Shown here: one piece after another, positions 50,901 through 60,266 of the stretch
Layout of the letters: every line of letters begins with the position of its first letter
How positions within the stretch are numbered: the stretch's first letter is position 1
Origin: Candidatus Methanomethylophilaceae archaeon
Lineage (GTDB): Archaea > Thermoplasmatota > Thermoplasmata > Methanomassiliicoccales > Methanomethylophilaceae
DNA: 64,000 nt
Assembly (NCBI GenBank): GCA_944320495.1
Contig: CALUHR010000013.1
Span: forward strand, 416,001-480,000
Direction of reading: 5' to 3'
The notes under the pieces: model-generated
What the model was told of the DNA's origin: nothing
What the model saw: the letters and a program-made list of their open reading frames with translations, nothing else
The model's database searches: none
Position numbers and translations under genes: made by a program

Positions 50901-51530
50901 AGGGCGATCCAGGACTACGAGGAGCGCAAGAGCCGCCACGACGCCCTGGGCGCCGAGGTGGAGAGCCTCAACCGCCACATCAGGGAGCTCAACGACCTGA
51001 TGGACACGCTCACCTCCAAGAAGCGCGGGCTCTTCATGTCGTCCTACGAGGCGGTCAACGAGAACTTCAAGGCCATATACGCCCAGCTCTCCGGAGGAGG
51101 GGAGGCGTTCATGGGCCTGGAGAACGAGGACGACCCGTTCGCGGGCGGCCTCATGATAAACGCGAAGCCCAGGAACGGCAAGCTCCTGAGGCTGGAGGCG
51201 CTGTCCGGAGGGGAGAAGTCCCTCACGGCGCTCTCGTTCATCTTCGCGATCCAGGAGTACCAGCCCTCGCCCTTCTACGTGCTGGATGAGGTGGACATGT
51301 TCCTGGACTCCGTGAACGCGGAGATGGTCGCCAAGAGGGTGAAGGAGAGCTCCTCGAAGGCGCAGTTCATACAGGTGTCCCTGAGGAAGGTCACCCTGGC
51401 GCTCGCCGACCATCTGATCGGCGTCACCAGACCGCCCACGGGGATCAGCAGGATAATCATGCAGCCGGACCTGGCCGAGGTCTCCAAGTACGAGGAGGAG
51501 GCCGAGGCCAAGAGGAAGGAGGCGATGTGA
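47946..51530 (+). CDS. smc: chromosome segregation protein SMC
   Basis: Walker A GPNGSGKS, coiled coils, hinge GRVTFLPL, LSGGE signature and Walker B VLDEVD. Confidence 0.97.
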   Translation: MHLKAVEMENFKSFGGKIAVPLMDGYTAVTGPNGSGKSNITDAILFVLGPKSSKAVRAGKLTDLIFDGGKSRGKAGFTKVSLVFDNTDRLMPWDDDEVRLTRFVKLSDNGTDYSSYFYVNDRKSTMSEFDALLTKARISADGYNLVQQGDVTRIVQMSNMERRRIIDGISGISSFDADIEKARTERAEAETNLDRIGIVMEELAVQIQRLDHDRQDAQRYLDAQAALETAKAQYAHRRLQMETAKQASVAEQIGRLEASISSDTDSKAEMERQRDEKIAEIQAKEQEIASRIGPEYTELKKRIEGAKIDLATKKNVVESAQTDMEEQEEFRQTFEESMAANNEQANMLRQKSVELDEAISKAESELQAASAEEAEASEAIAQTGGEQRELQARLDSLDAEFSQRSESLRQAQAELSKAEAEADEAHTAVADLDERIQSIDFEIKDAKWSLDQLKAEAGPSTEDFGQRILEAKRREAELERQESELDSAYRRIDGEYNALQAEKRVTERMGRGSAAVEAILALRNRGEMRGIHGTIQELATVDKEYETALSVAAGSKMMAVVVDDDQVAADAIAFLKRERLGRVTFLPLTKMMGGKPRAKAIISEKDSEGYAINLIDFDPKYQNAFWYVLGDTLVVRDMDAARRIMGGVRIVTRAGELVEASGAMVGGTLSLQNMPRFGAASEDKLAATGEKLRKAQEALADVRAKLRQVREEIRGIDDEMRKASSSGMEQRELMAQTKGRVEELERSRKAAAEQMRAARERMSAADTALEAATKAFSEGSSEMSRVSEERAAVKDRMAKIAPADLQARIQAVRDRIYRLKDRLSDLRMQRNGASTEINGLAKQNESLQVQLDSVLRAIEQDRTAIAEGTAQIERSRLDLDALRRIESEMESGIEGLRNEKDALNEARYKLDADIREKSKDIENSVSALSSFRAQAIQVADAVEQCRAEVAAITVEVPEPIPSEEEIRRAIRTHESTIAKIGNVNLRAIQDYEERKSRHDALGAEVESLNRHIRELNDLMDTLTSKKRGLFMSSYEAVNENFKAIYAQLSGGGEAFMGLENEDDPFAGGLMINAKPRNGKLLRLEALSGGEKSLTALSFIFAIQEYQPSPFYVLDEVDMFLDSVNAEMVAKRVKESSSKAQFIQVSLRKVTLALADHLIGVTRPPTGISRIIMQPDLAEVSKYEEEAEAKRKEAM

Positions 51531-51531
51531 G

Positions 51532-52401
51532 ATGGATGGGAACACAAGGATGGAGGATCTGGAGCAGCATCTGCTGTTCCACAGGGCGCTCGCCGACGAC
51601 GACGAGTCGCTCAGGAGGATAGGGGGATACATGGACATCCTCTCCCGGGCGGAGTCCGGGGAGAGGCTCCAGGACCCCGTGGACGAGTCGATCAGGGCCG
51701 TCTTCAGCCTGGTGCTGGAGAAGGGCATCGACCCCTGGGAGGTGGACCTCTCGGAGTTCGCCCGCATGTACGAGGCCAAGGTCTCCAGGGACAGCTTCGA
51801 CATGATCGTCGCGGGCAAGCTGCTGCTCATGGCATGGAGAATCCTGCGCATGCAGTCGGAGTCCACTAGGGCCAGGAGCGAGCCGCCGGTCGAGCCCGTC
51901 ATCGAGGAGGCCGACGACAGCTTCTTCTTCGAGGACGAGCCGCTGTACGTGCCCGAGGTCAGCTTCAGGGAGGCCTTCAGGAGGCAGACCGAGAGGCCCG
52001 TCACCGTGTACGAGCTCATCGACGCCTTCGAGGACGCCCGCAGGGACATCGATATCCAGCGCGAGCGCGAGCGCGTCCGCCGCGAGCTCAAGGCCAAGGA
52101 GCCCAAGAGGTTCGACAACAAGGCCCACGACGAGGACGACGAGCGCGACGTCGAGGCCGTGTGGAAGCGGATCGAGAGGCTCGGCACCGGGCAGATCGCC
52201 ATCCGCGACCTCTACACAGCCGACCTCCAGGAGAACCTCACCACCTTCGTGGCGGTGCTCCACCTGGTCAGGGACGGCAGGCTGGCCGTCTGGCAGGACG
52301 AGCTGCCCTACGGCACCATCTATCTGGAGATCAAGACGGACTGGTCCTCAGGGACCCTCGAGGACTCGCCCGGCCAGCTGGTGACCGAGGCGGTGAACCG
52401 A
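51532..52401 (+). CDS. scpA: segregation/condensation protein A, kleisin (289 aa, CGA-terminated)
   Basis: IDPWEVDL and C-terminal TFVAVLHLVRDGRLAVWQ motifs. The CGA at 52399-52401 lies 1 nt before the scpB TTG. Confidence 0.9.
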
Positions 52402-52402
52402 T

Positions 52403-52927
52403 TTGGACGCCAAGGGAGCGGCCGAGGCCGCGCTGTTCGCCAGTCCGGAGAACCTGAGGATCTCCGACATAGCGGAGCGCACGGGGTTCCCGGAGGAGGA
52501 GATCCGCACCGCGCTGATGGACCTCCGCAGGGAGTACGAGGAGCGCGATTCAGCCATAGTCATAGCCAAGATAGGCTCCGAGTACGGCATGATGCTCCGC
52601 GCGGAGTACTCCGACTTCCCCGGCATGTTCGGGAAGGCGGAGATGTCCGGAGGGCTGATGAGGACCCTCAGCACCATCGCATACAACCAGCCCGTGCTGC
52701 AGTCGGAGCTCGTGAGGACCAGGGGTCCCCGCGGGTACGACGACGTCCACAGGCTGATTGAGATGGGATTCGTCTCGGGGAAGAAGAGCGGGCAGACGCT
52801 GGAGCTGACGACGACCAAGAAGTTCTCGGACTACTTTGGCATCGGCTCCACCCGCAAGGCGGACATCCGCAAGTGGATCGAGTCCCAGGCGTCCAACTCC
52901 CGCATGCCCGAAGACGGCCAGGAATGA
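52403..52927 (+). CDS. scpB: segregation/condensation protein B
   Basis: AEAALFAS, TLSTIAYNQPV, TRG and TTKKFSDYFG motifs. Confidence 0.92.
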   Translation: MDAKGAAEAALFASPENLRISDIAERTGFPEEEIRTALMDLRREYEERDSAIVIAKIGSEYGMMLRAEYSDFPGMFGKAEMSGGLMRTLSTIAYNQPVLQSELVRTRGPRGYDDVHRLIEMGFVSGKKSGQTLELTTTKKFSDYFGIGSTRKADIRKWIESQASNSRMPEDGQE

Positions 52928-52929
52928 CA

Positions 52930-53011
52930 GATTGCGTATAAGCATTCGTCTCACACAATCATTTTGTGCAATCGGGTGTCGAAAGGCATCCGATTGCATA
53001 CATATTGCATA
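52930..53011. promoter_or_regulatory. four ATTGC(A/G)(T/C)A boxes upstream of the ABC operon
   Basis: gattgcgta (52930), inverted tgtgcaatc (52965), gattgcata (52992), tattgcata (53003). Confidence 0.4.
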
Positions 53012-53092
53012 AGGACAATTCCATATCGCTATCTATCCCGTCTGGACTACATATCCCTAAAGAAAATCCTTATATGGGTTCACGAGGGTGAG

Positions 53093-53176
53093 ATGAGCAT
53101 CATGACGGTGCCCTCTGCCGACGTAGATGCCGCTCCGAGTGCCAGTGCAGTCCATCGGGACCTGGAGGACTGCCGA
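53093..53176 (+). CDS. putative 24-27 aa leader ORF coupled to the ABC permease via CGATG
   Basis: ATG 53093 (or 53102) downstream of a CCTTATAT box reads MSIMTVPSADVDAAPSASAVHRDLEDC, then a CGA whose A is the first base of the permease ATG. Confidence 0.45.
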
Positions 53177-54822
53177 TGTCCCTCCTGAAGAAGATAGATG
53201 AGATATCCGGCAGCTACAAGGCGAGGAACGCCTGGCTGACGTTCGCCATAGTTCTCTTCATAGCGATCATCGTCATCCCCGCGATATTCGTAGTCACCAA
53301 GCTCTTCACGGAGTGGGACCTGGTCAGCGGGGTCCTGAACGATCCCGCGAGCATGGAGGTAATCGAGGGCGCGGTGTGGAACTCGTTCAGCATAGCGGCC
53401 ATAGTCACGGTCATCGACATCCTCGTGGGACTGCCGATGGCGTGGATCATGGTCCGCAGGGATTTCAAGGGCAAGAAATGGCTCGACACCCTGCTGGACA
53501 TGCCCCTGGCGTTCCCGACCGCCGTCCTCGGAATCTCGGTGGTCATGTTCTGGGGCGCCCCCGAGGGCATCACGATCCCGGGGCTGGGGCTGGACCTGTC
53601 ACCGTACGTGATGCTCCTGTTCCTCCACATCATATTCACCTATCCGTACATGGTCCGCTCCCTGTCCGGAATCCTGGAGCAGATCGACGTCAACTACGAG
53701 ACCGCGGCCATGACCCTCGGCGCTTCGAAATGGACCGCCGTGAGGACCATCACGATCCCCCTGTTCCGCGCCGGTCTCGCCACCGGGTTCATCCTGTGCT
53801 TCGCCAGGTCCCTGTCGGAGACCGGGGGCACATACATCGCCCTGACCATGATGGGCGTCGAGAGCACCTTCTTCACCGGGCCGTCGTTCATCAGCTGGCT
53901 GAAGTCCGACCCGACCATGGTCGACTCCGGGGACTACATGGGCGCCATGATCCTGATCAGCGTAGTCATGATCGTCCTGGCCCTGATCCTCCTCGTGGTG
54001 GTGAAGTGGATCATCGCGAGGTTCAGGATCCCCTGGAAGAAGGTCTGGCCGGAGATCGGCAGGAGCGTCAGCCGCGGCCCCCTCCCGAAGGTCAAGGACG
54101 TCATCACAGTCGTGTTCCTGATTATCGTGGTCCTGCTGCCCTCTTTCTACATATTCGCGTATCTGACGGAGCCGATCCCCGACATAGACTACGGGACGCT
54201 CCTGTCGTCCACCGGGGTGTCGTTCCTGGTTGCGGGCGTGGCCGTCCTCGTCGACCTCATCCTGGGCATCCCGCTGTCGCTCTACATCGCCAGGCACAAG
54301 GGCGGGAAGCTCGCCGGCATCCTGGACGGGCTGGTCAACGTCCCCCTGATCATCCCGACCACCGCGCTTGGATTCTCCCTGGCGCTGTTCTGGGCCAGCT
54401 TCGGTGCTGGGGACTCGATGGCCATCGTGCTGGTCATCCTCGGTCACATCTCGTTCACGTATCCGCTCGTGGTGAGGAACCTGGTGGGCGCGATAGAGGA
54501 GGTCAACCCGGAGTGCGAGGAGATCGCCATGACCCTCGGCGCCAAGCCCTTCCGCGCGTTCAGGACAATCCTCATGCCGATCATCAAGTCGTCCGTCGTC
54601 GCCGGATGCATCCTGGCGTTCACCAGGTCCCTGGGCGAGACGGGCGCGACCATCGCCATCAGCGACAGCGTCAGCACGGTCCCGATCTACATCACCAACC
54701 TGGTCCAGGACCACATGTACACCGAGGCGGCGATGTGCTCCATCGTCCTGATCGCCATCTGCTTCGTGCTGATGATGGTCGTCAGGATGCTAACACACAG
54801 GAGGCAGGGTAGGGATGCCTGA
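53176..54822 (+). CDS. ABC transporter permease, two fused TMDs (Fe3+/molybdate/sulfate-like class)
   Basis: Two EAA-like loops (ETAAMTLGAS, EEIAMTLGAK) and FARSLSETG / FTRSLGETGA motifs. Confidence 0.9.
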   Translation: MSLLKKIDEISGSYKARNAWLTFAIVLFIAIIVIPAIFVVTKLFTEWDLVSGVLNDPASMEVIEGAVWNSFSIAAIVTVIDILVGLPMAWIMVRRDFKGKKWLDTLLDMPLAFPTAVLGISVVMFWGAPEGITIPGLGLDLSPYVMLLFLHIIFTYPYMVRSLSGILEQIDVNYETAAMTLGASKWTAVRTITIPLFRAGLATGFILCFARSLSETGGTYIALTMMGVESTFFTGPSFISWLKSDPTMVDSGDYMGAMILISVVMIVLALILLVVVKWIIARFRIPWKKVWPEIGRSVSRGPLPKVKDVITVVFLIIVVLLPSFYIFAYLTEPIPDIDYGTLLSSTGVSFLVAGVAVLVDLILGIPLSLYIARHKGGKLAGILDGLVNVPLIIPTTALGFSLALFWASFGAGDSMAIVLVILGHISFTYPLVVRNLVGAIEEVNPECEEIAMTLGAKPFRAFRTILMPIIKSSVVAGCILAFTRSLGETGATIAISDSVSTVPIYITNLVQDHMYTEAAMCSIVLIAICFVLMMVVRMLTHRRQGRDA

Positions 54823-55915
54823 GATTGTTCTGGACGACCTCTGCAAGGACTTCGACGGCCATGTCGCAGCCGACCATCTGAGCCTGACCATAGGCGATGG
54901 GGAGTACGTCTGCATCCTGGGTCCCACCGGGGCCGGGAAGACCACCGCCATGAGGATGATCTGCGGTCTCACGATCCCCGATTCCGGGAGGGTGCTCCTG
55001 GACGGGAGGGACGTGACCATGGATTCGCCGGACTCCAGGAACGCCACCATGCTCACGCAGACCTACGCGCTATTCCCGCACATGACGGTCTACAACAACG
55101 TCATGTTCGCCCCCAAGACCAAGGGGTGGCCGGAGGGCGAGTCGAAGCAGATCGTCAGGAGCATGCTGCACCTGGTGCATCTCGACCAGAAGGCGGACTG
55201 GGTCCCCGGGGAGCTATCCGGCGGCCAGCAGCAGCGCATTGCCCTCGCCCGCGCCCTCGCATCCGGGTCGAAGATCCTCCTGCTGGACGAGCCGCTCAGG
55301 GCGCTGGACGCGCGCCTGAGGATCGACCTGAGGAAGGAGCTCAGGTCCCTGGCCAAGGAGATGGGGCTCACGTGCATCCACGTCACCCACGACCAGGATG
55401 AGGCCCTGGAGATGGCCGACCGCATCGCCGTCATCCGCAAGGGCAGGATCATACAGTTCGGGACCCCCCGCGAGGTCTTCGAGAACCCGGCCACGCCGTT
55501 CGTGGCCAACTTCGTGGGCAGGTCCAACATATTCTCCGGCAAGGTCGTCGGAGCCGGCGACGGCAGGGTGTCCGTGGACGTCGGCGGGATCGTCCTGACC
55601 GGGAGGGGGGACGGGATGGAGCCCGGCTCCGAGGCGGTTCTCGCCGTCAAGGTCGGGTTCACCAGGCTCTCGGCGCCCGGGGAGGGGCCGGAAGGTTCCG
55701 TGAAGGGCATAGTGGAGCGCATCGTGTACGAGGGGGCCACCGTGACCGTGGAGGTCTCCGCCGGGTCGTTGGGCCTGGTTTCGTCCAAGCTGCCGAGCGC
55801 GAGGTTCGAGGAGTTCAGCGTCGGAGCCGCGGTCGATGTATCGTGGCCGGCCGACAAGGCGACGGTGTTCCAGATGCCCGCCGGCGGGCTCGAAGAGGAG
55901 ATGAGGTTGGACCGA
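54815..55915 (+). CDS. ABC transporter ATP-binding protein 1 (366 aa, CGA-terminated)
   Basis: GPTGAGKT, LSGGQQQR, LLLDEP and HVTHD motifs plus a TOBE domain; ends EEEMRLD-CGA, overlapping the next ATG. Confidence 0.92.
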
Positions 55916-57000
55916 TGGCAAGGATCAAGTTGGACAGGATCTCCATGCGCTTCGGCGATTTCTACGCCGTCAGGGACATATCGCTCGAGATCGGGAACGG
56001 CGAGTACGTGACCATCCTCGGACCGTCCGGTTGCGGCAAGACCACGCTCATCAAGGTCATATCGGGGATCTGGACCCCGACCGAGGGGAAGGTCTACGTG
56101 GATGGCAGGGACGTCACGAACATCCCCATGGAGGACAGGGACGTCGGATACGTGTTCCAGAACATCGCACTGTTCCCGCACATGAACCTGAGGGACAACG
56201 TCGAGTACAGTCCCAGGGTGAAGGACCAGGGCGACGAGAGGATGGCCGAGCTGTCAGAGGAGTACCTCAAGCTCGTGGGCATGTTCCAGAGGGCCGGGAT
56301 GCTCCCGTCGGAGCTCTCCGGAGGGGAGCAGCAGAAGGTCGCCATCGCCCGCGCGCTGGCATCCGGTTCCAAGATGCTGATGCTCGACGAGCCGCTGTCC
56401 GCTCTGGACGCTCGCGTCCGCGTCGAGCTGAGGTACGAGCTCCGCAGGATCGTCAAGAAGCTCGGGATAACCGTTCTCCACGTCACGCACGACCAGGAGG
56501 AGGCCATGTCGGTCTCCGACCGCATCGTGCTCATGCGCTACGGCGCCATCGCCGAGTCCGGTGCGCCCCTGGACATATACCGCCGTCCGAAGTCCGTCTT
56601 CGCGGCCAACTTCATCGGGGAGACCAACCTCTTCGAGTGCACCGTCTCCGATTGGTCCAAGAGCGGGAAGACCAGGGTCACCATGCGCGGTGGCCGCGAG
56701 ATCCGCGTGTCCCGCACGGACTTCCGTCCCGGGGACGCCGTCGTAGTGTCCGTGAGGCCGGAGCATGTGCGTCCGGACGAGGACGGGATCGAGGCGAAGG
56801 TGCGCTCCGTGTCCTTCAGAGGGGTCTACTGGAGGGTGAGGACCATGGCCGAGAGCAGTGACTATATTGAGTACGACGTACCTGCAGACGGTGAGGTCCC
56901 CGAGGTGGGAGACACCGTGCGCCTGTCCTTCGACAGGAACGCATCCGTCGTGTTCCCCAGACCCGAGGGCGGAATAGAGGAGGAGATCAGACTTGAGTAA
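55915..57000 (+). CDS. ABC transporter ATP-binding protein 2 (361 aa)
   Basis: GPSGCGKT, LSGGEQQK and MLDEP motifs; ends EEEIRLE-TAA. Confidence 0.93.
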   Translation: MARIKLDRISMRFGDFYAVRDISLEIGNGEYVTILGPSGCGKTTLIKVISGIWTPTEGKVYVDGRDVTNIPMEDRDVGYVFQNIALFPHMNLRDNVEYSPRVKDQGDERMAELSEEYLKLVGMFQRAGMLPSELSGGEQQKVAIARALASGSKMLMLDEPLSALDARVRVELRYELRRIVKKLGITVLHVTHDQEEAMSVSDRIVLMRYGAIAESGAPLDIYRRPKSVFAANFIGETNLFECTVSDWSKSGKTRVTMRGGREIRVSRTDFRPGDAVVVSVRPEHVRPDEDGIEAKVRSVSFRGVYWRVRTMAESSDYIEYDVPADGEVPEVGDTVRLSFDRNASVVFPRPEGGIEEEIRLE

Positions 57001-57673
57001 GGATCAATCCGGCCTGCTTGGATGGTTCGGGAAGAGGAAGGAGGGCGTCGTCGGAGACGGTCTCCGCGCCATGTCCCTCTCCGTCCGCGACTGCGTAACC
57101 GAACTTGGCCTGGCACTGCGCGCCATGGGCGAGGAGGACTCCTCCGCCGCCAAGAAGGCCATCGAGAGGCTGTTCAAGTGCGAGCACGAGGCCGACGCCC
57201 AGGAGGACGAGCTCTGCAACCAGATAAGCATAGGCGAGCTCGGCGCCCAGGAGCGCGAGGACCTCATGCACTTCATCCGCAAGACGGACAAGATCGCCAA
57301 CTGGAGCAAGGAGGCCGCCATCGGCGTCTCCCTGGTCGACGAGCTGGGCATGAAGGTGCCCAAGGGCATCTGGGACATGCTCGCGCAGTCCGTGTCCGAC
57401 CTGGAGTCGGAGGTCCGCGGCCTCGCCAATTCGATAGAGATGATGGGGTCCGAGGGATCCGACATCATGGAGTGCGTCCGCGGCATCAGGGAGATGGAGA
57501 GGACGCTCGACCGCGCCTACTACGAGATGACGAAGACCATCTTCCGCGCGGACATCGATCCCAAGGCGGTCATCATGCTGCTGAGGATAGTGGACGCCAT
57601 CGAGATGGCGGCGGACACCTGCAAGGCCTGCTCCGACACCGTCGCGATCCTCCACTACGCCAAGAGGGTGTGA
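56993..57673 (+). CDS. DUF47/PhoU-like helical bundle protein
   Basis: Repeated EHEADAQ / EREDL...D-K-I-A and ERTLD...D-A-I-E-M-A-A-D motifs. Confidence 0.85.
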   Translation: MSKDQSGLLGWFGKRKEGVVGDGLRAMSLSVRDCVTELGLALRAMGEEDSSAAKKAIERLFKCEHEADAQEDELCNQISIGELGAQEREDLMHFIRKTDKIANWSKEAAIGVSLVDELGMKVPKGIWDMLAQSVSDLESEVRGLANSIEMMGSEGSDIMECVRGIREMERTLDRAYYEMTKTIFRADIDPKAVIMLLRIVDAIEMAADTCKACSDTVAILHYAKRV

Positions 57674-59058
57674 GCCTGACCCTCTTCGGGCCCGGCGGCG
57701 TCAGGGCCGTCGTCAACAGCGACCTGACGCCGGAGGTGGCGCTGGATCTGGGACGCGCCGTGGGGAGGACCCTCGGCGGCACGGTGGCCCTCGCCACCGA
57801 CGCAAGGGACTCCGCCCGCATGGTCAGGTCGGCCATGGTCGCCGGCATGATGGCCGTCGGGGCGGACGTCGTGGATCTCGGCATGATCCCCACGCCGGCG
57901 CTGCAGTTCTACGTCCGCGAGCATCCGGGGATATCCGGAGGCGTCATGGTGACGGCCTCCCACAACCCTCCCGAGTATAACGGTATGAAGCTGATACTCG
58001 GTGACGGCACGGAGGCCACCACCGAGGACGAGGCCGAGCTGGGCACATCCTACGCAATGGAGGCCCGCGATGCCGATTGGGACAGGGTCGGGCGCATCCG
58101 CACCGAGGAGGGCGCGATATCCGATTACATAGACGCGATAGTCTCCAAGGTCGATGCTGAGGCCATCCGTTCCGCCGGTCTGACCGTTTGCGTCGATTGC
58201 GCGTGCGGTGCGGCCAGCTTCTCGACGCCGCTGCTCCTCAAGAGGCTCGGCGTCTCCACGGTGACGATAGGCTGCGACCCCGTGGCGTCCCCTCACAGGG
58301 ACAGCGACCCGACGGAGGAGAACCTCACGACCCTCATGGGTCTGGTAAGGTCCTCCGGCGCCGACATGGGCATCGCCCACGACGGTGACGGGGGCCGCGC
58401 AGTGTTCATCGACGGGACTGGGAGGTTCCTCAACGGATCAGTCTCCGGGGCCATAGTCGCAAGGAGCATCCTGGCCGAGGGCAAGGGCAAGGTCGTGACC
58501 CCGATAAGCTCGTCAAAGGTCCTGGAGGACGTGGTGACCGAGGCAGGAGGGCTGGTGAAGTACACCGAGGTCCTCTCGCACCAGGTCGTCCGTAAGATGC
58601 AGGAGAACCTCGCGGTGTTCGGGGTCGAGGAGCACGGGGGCATGGTGTTCCCCCAGATGCAGATGTGCAGGGACGGCGCCATGGCGCTCGCCAAGATGCT
58701 GGAGATCATCGCCAAGAACGGTCCGCTGGCCGACATGGTGTCGCAGCTCCCGTCGTACAGCACGAGGAAGGTCAAGGTCCCCTGTCCGGAGGGGCTCAAG
58801 GTGCCCGTGATGGACAGGCTTCACAGGGATGTGGAGGCCGCGGGGTCCCGCATGGACGTGACCGACGGCATCAAGATAATCCTGAACGACGGATGGGCGC
58901 TGATCCGCGCCTCTACGACGGAGCCCTGCATCAGGGTGTACTCGGAATCGATGGACGCCGGTACCGCCGACAGGATACTGTCGGAGTACTCCAGGATGGT
59001 CAAGGACCTGGTTCGCGGGCTCACAGATGCTTCGCGTGCACAGCCAGAGCCTCGTTGA
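57670..59058 (+). CDS. phosphomannomutase/phosphoglucosamine mutase (462 aa)
   Basis: GTVALATDAR, VTASHNPPEYNG, HDGDGGR and LIRASTTEP motifs; GTGA overlap with the upstream gene. Confidence 0.92.
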   Translation: MSLTLFGPGGVRAVVNSDLTPEVALDLGRAVGRTLGGTVALATDARDSARMVRSAMVAGMMAVGADVVDLGMIPTPALQFYVREHPGISGGVMVTASHNPPEYNGMKLILGDGTEATTEDEAELGTSYAMEARDADWDRVGRIRTEEGAISDYIDAIVSKVDAEAIRSAGLTVCVDCACGAASFSTPLLLKRLGVSTVTIGCDPVASPHRDSDPTEENLTTLMGLVRSSGADMGIAHDGDGGRAVFIDGTGRFLNGSVSGAIVARSILAEGKGKVVTPISSSKVLEDVVTEAGGLVKYTEVLSHQVVRKMQENLAVFGVEEHGGMVFPQMQMCRDGAMALAKMLEIIAKNGPLADMVSQLPSYSTRKVKVPCPEGLKVPVMDRLHRDVEAAGSRMDVTDGIKIILNDGWALIRASTTEPCIRVYSESMDAGTADRILSEYSRMVKDLVRGLTDASRAQPEPR

Positions 59059-59878
59059 TGAGCCTGGCCGCCAGGATCGAGGTTATGCCGGAGGGGTCGG
59101 CCGGAGGGCAGACCTCGTTGACGTCGAATCCCACGAGCCTCTCGCCGATGATGTTGATGACCTTCTTCACATCCATCGGCATGAGGCCGAACGGTTCGGG
59201 TGTGCCGGTCCCGGGTGCGAACGCGGGGTCGATCCCGTCTATGTCCACGGTGAGGTAGACCTTCTCGGCCTTGACCTCGTCGAGGGCCTTGCCGATGGCC
59301 TTCTCGATCCCCATGTCCATGATGTCGTAGGAACTGATGAACGGGACGACGTCGTCCCTGTCGAGCTCCTCCTCGCCGATGGCTCTGGCTCCGAGGACGT
59401 AGACGTTGTCCAGTCCCAGGTGCTCCGCGGCGCGCCTCATGACGCAGGCGTGGCTGTTCGGGGTCCCGAGGTACTCGCCCCTCGAATCGAGGTGGGCGTC
59501 TATCGAGATGAGCGCGATGCTTTTCTCGGGGAAGGCGCGGACGATCGGGATGTTGATGGAGTGCTCCCCTCCGATGGCCACCGTGAACTTCCCGTCGTTG
59601 ATGGCGGGACGGACGGCGAAGTCCACCTCGGCGAACATGTCCTCGGGAAGGATGAAGTCGTCGCAGTTCCCGTAGTCGTACACCTCGAGACGTCTCTGGT
59701 GGATCCCGTGCTCGAAGTGTATCTCCTCAAAATTGTAGGAGGCCCGCCGGATGGCGGTCGGGGCCTCCCTGGCACCCGCCTTGAAACAGGCGGTGTGGTC
59801 GTACGGGATGCCGAATATCACGGCCTCCGCGTCGTTGTATTCTGATTCGGCGCCGGCGTAGGCAAGCCCGTACGACAT
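59021..59878 (-). CDS. speB: agmatinase
   Basis: GGEHSI, IDAHLD and TVDIDGIDPAFAPGTGTPEP ureohydrolase motifs; adjacent to aIF5A. Confidence 0.93.
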   Translation of the reverse strand: MSYGLAYAGAESEYNDAEAVIFGIPYDHTACFKAGAREAPTAIRRASYNFEEIHFEHGIHQRRLEVYDYGNCDDFILPEDMFAEVDFAVRPAINDGKFTVAIGGEHSINIPIVRAFPEKSIALISIDAHLDSRGEYLGTPNSHACVMRRAAEHLGLDNVYVLGARAIGEEELDRDDVVPFISSYDIMDMGIEKAIGKALDEVKAEKVYLTVDIDGIDPAFAPGTGTPEPFGLMPMDVKKVINIIGERLVGFDVNEVCPPADPSGITSILAARLINEALAVHAKHL

Positions 59879-59888
59879 TGGTTTCACC

Positions 59889-60266
59889 TCACATTATCTT
59901 GTATCTGCCCATGGCCTCGAGGTAGAGGATCTCTCCGCCCTCGGCGAGGGGCTGCTCGTGGTCGGCGTTGATGGGGATAGAGATCTGCTCGAAGGTCTCC
60001 ATGTCCATGATGAGGGCCTCCTCATCGCTGAGGGTCAGGATCTGTCCCTTCCTCTTGTCGATGACGGGCACCTGGACCTTGGTGCTCACGGGTCCGACGA
60101 TGGACTTCTTAGCGCCGGTGAAGATGCTGACCGCGTCAACGTTGGCTTTGGCGGATCCGTGCTTTCCGGGCTTGGAGGTCGTGATCTTGATGATCTTGCA
60201 GGGCTCGTCGTCGACGTTGACGTACCTGCCCTCTTTCAGCTCCCTGATCTCTTTCATCTCCCACAT
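59889..60266 (-). CDS. eif5a: translation factor aIF5A
   Basis: TSKPGKHGSAK hypusination motif. Confidence 0.97.
   Translation of the reverse strand: MWEMKEIRELKEGRYVNVDDEPCKIIKITTSKPGKHGSAKANVDAVSIFTGAKKSIVGPVSTKVQVPVIDKRKGQILTLSDEEALIMDMETFEQISIPINADHEQPLAEGGEILYLEAMGRYKIM

Noticed and set aside
3543-52202. Many long antisense or alternate-frame ORFs (e.g. 3543-5687, 6724-8751, 22803-24254, 38714-41002, 48726-52202)
   Set aside because: These are shadow ORFs expected from the strong GC3 bias; they overlap well-supported genes and have no family motifs.
57022-57669. N-terminal extension of the phosphomannomutase ORF
   Set aside because: It is an alternate frame of the DUF47 gene; the true start is GTG 57670.
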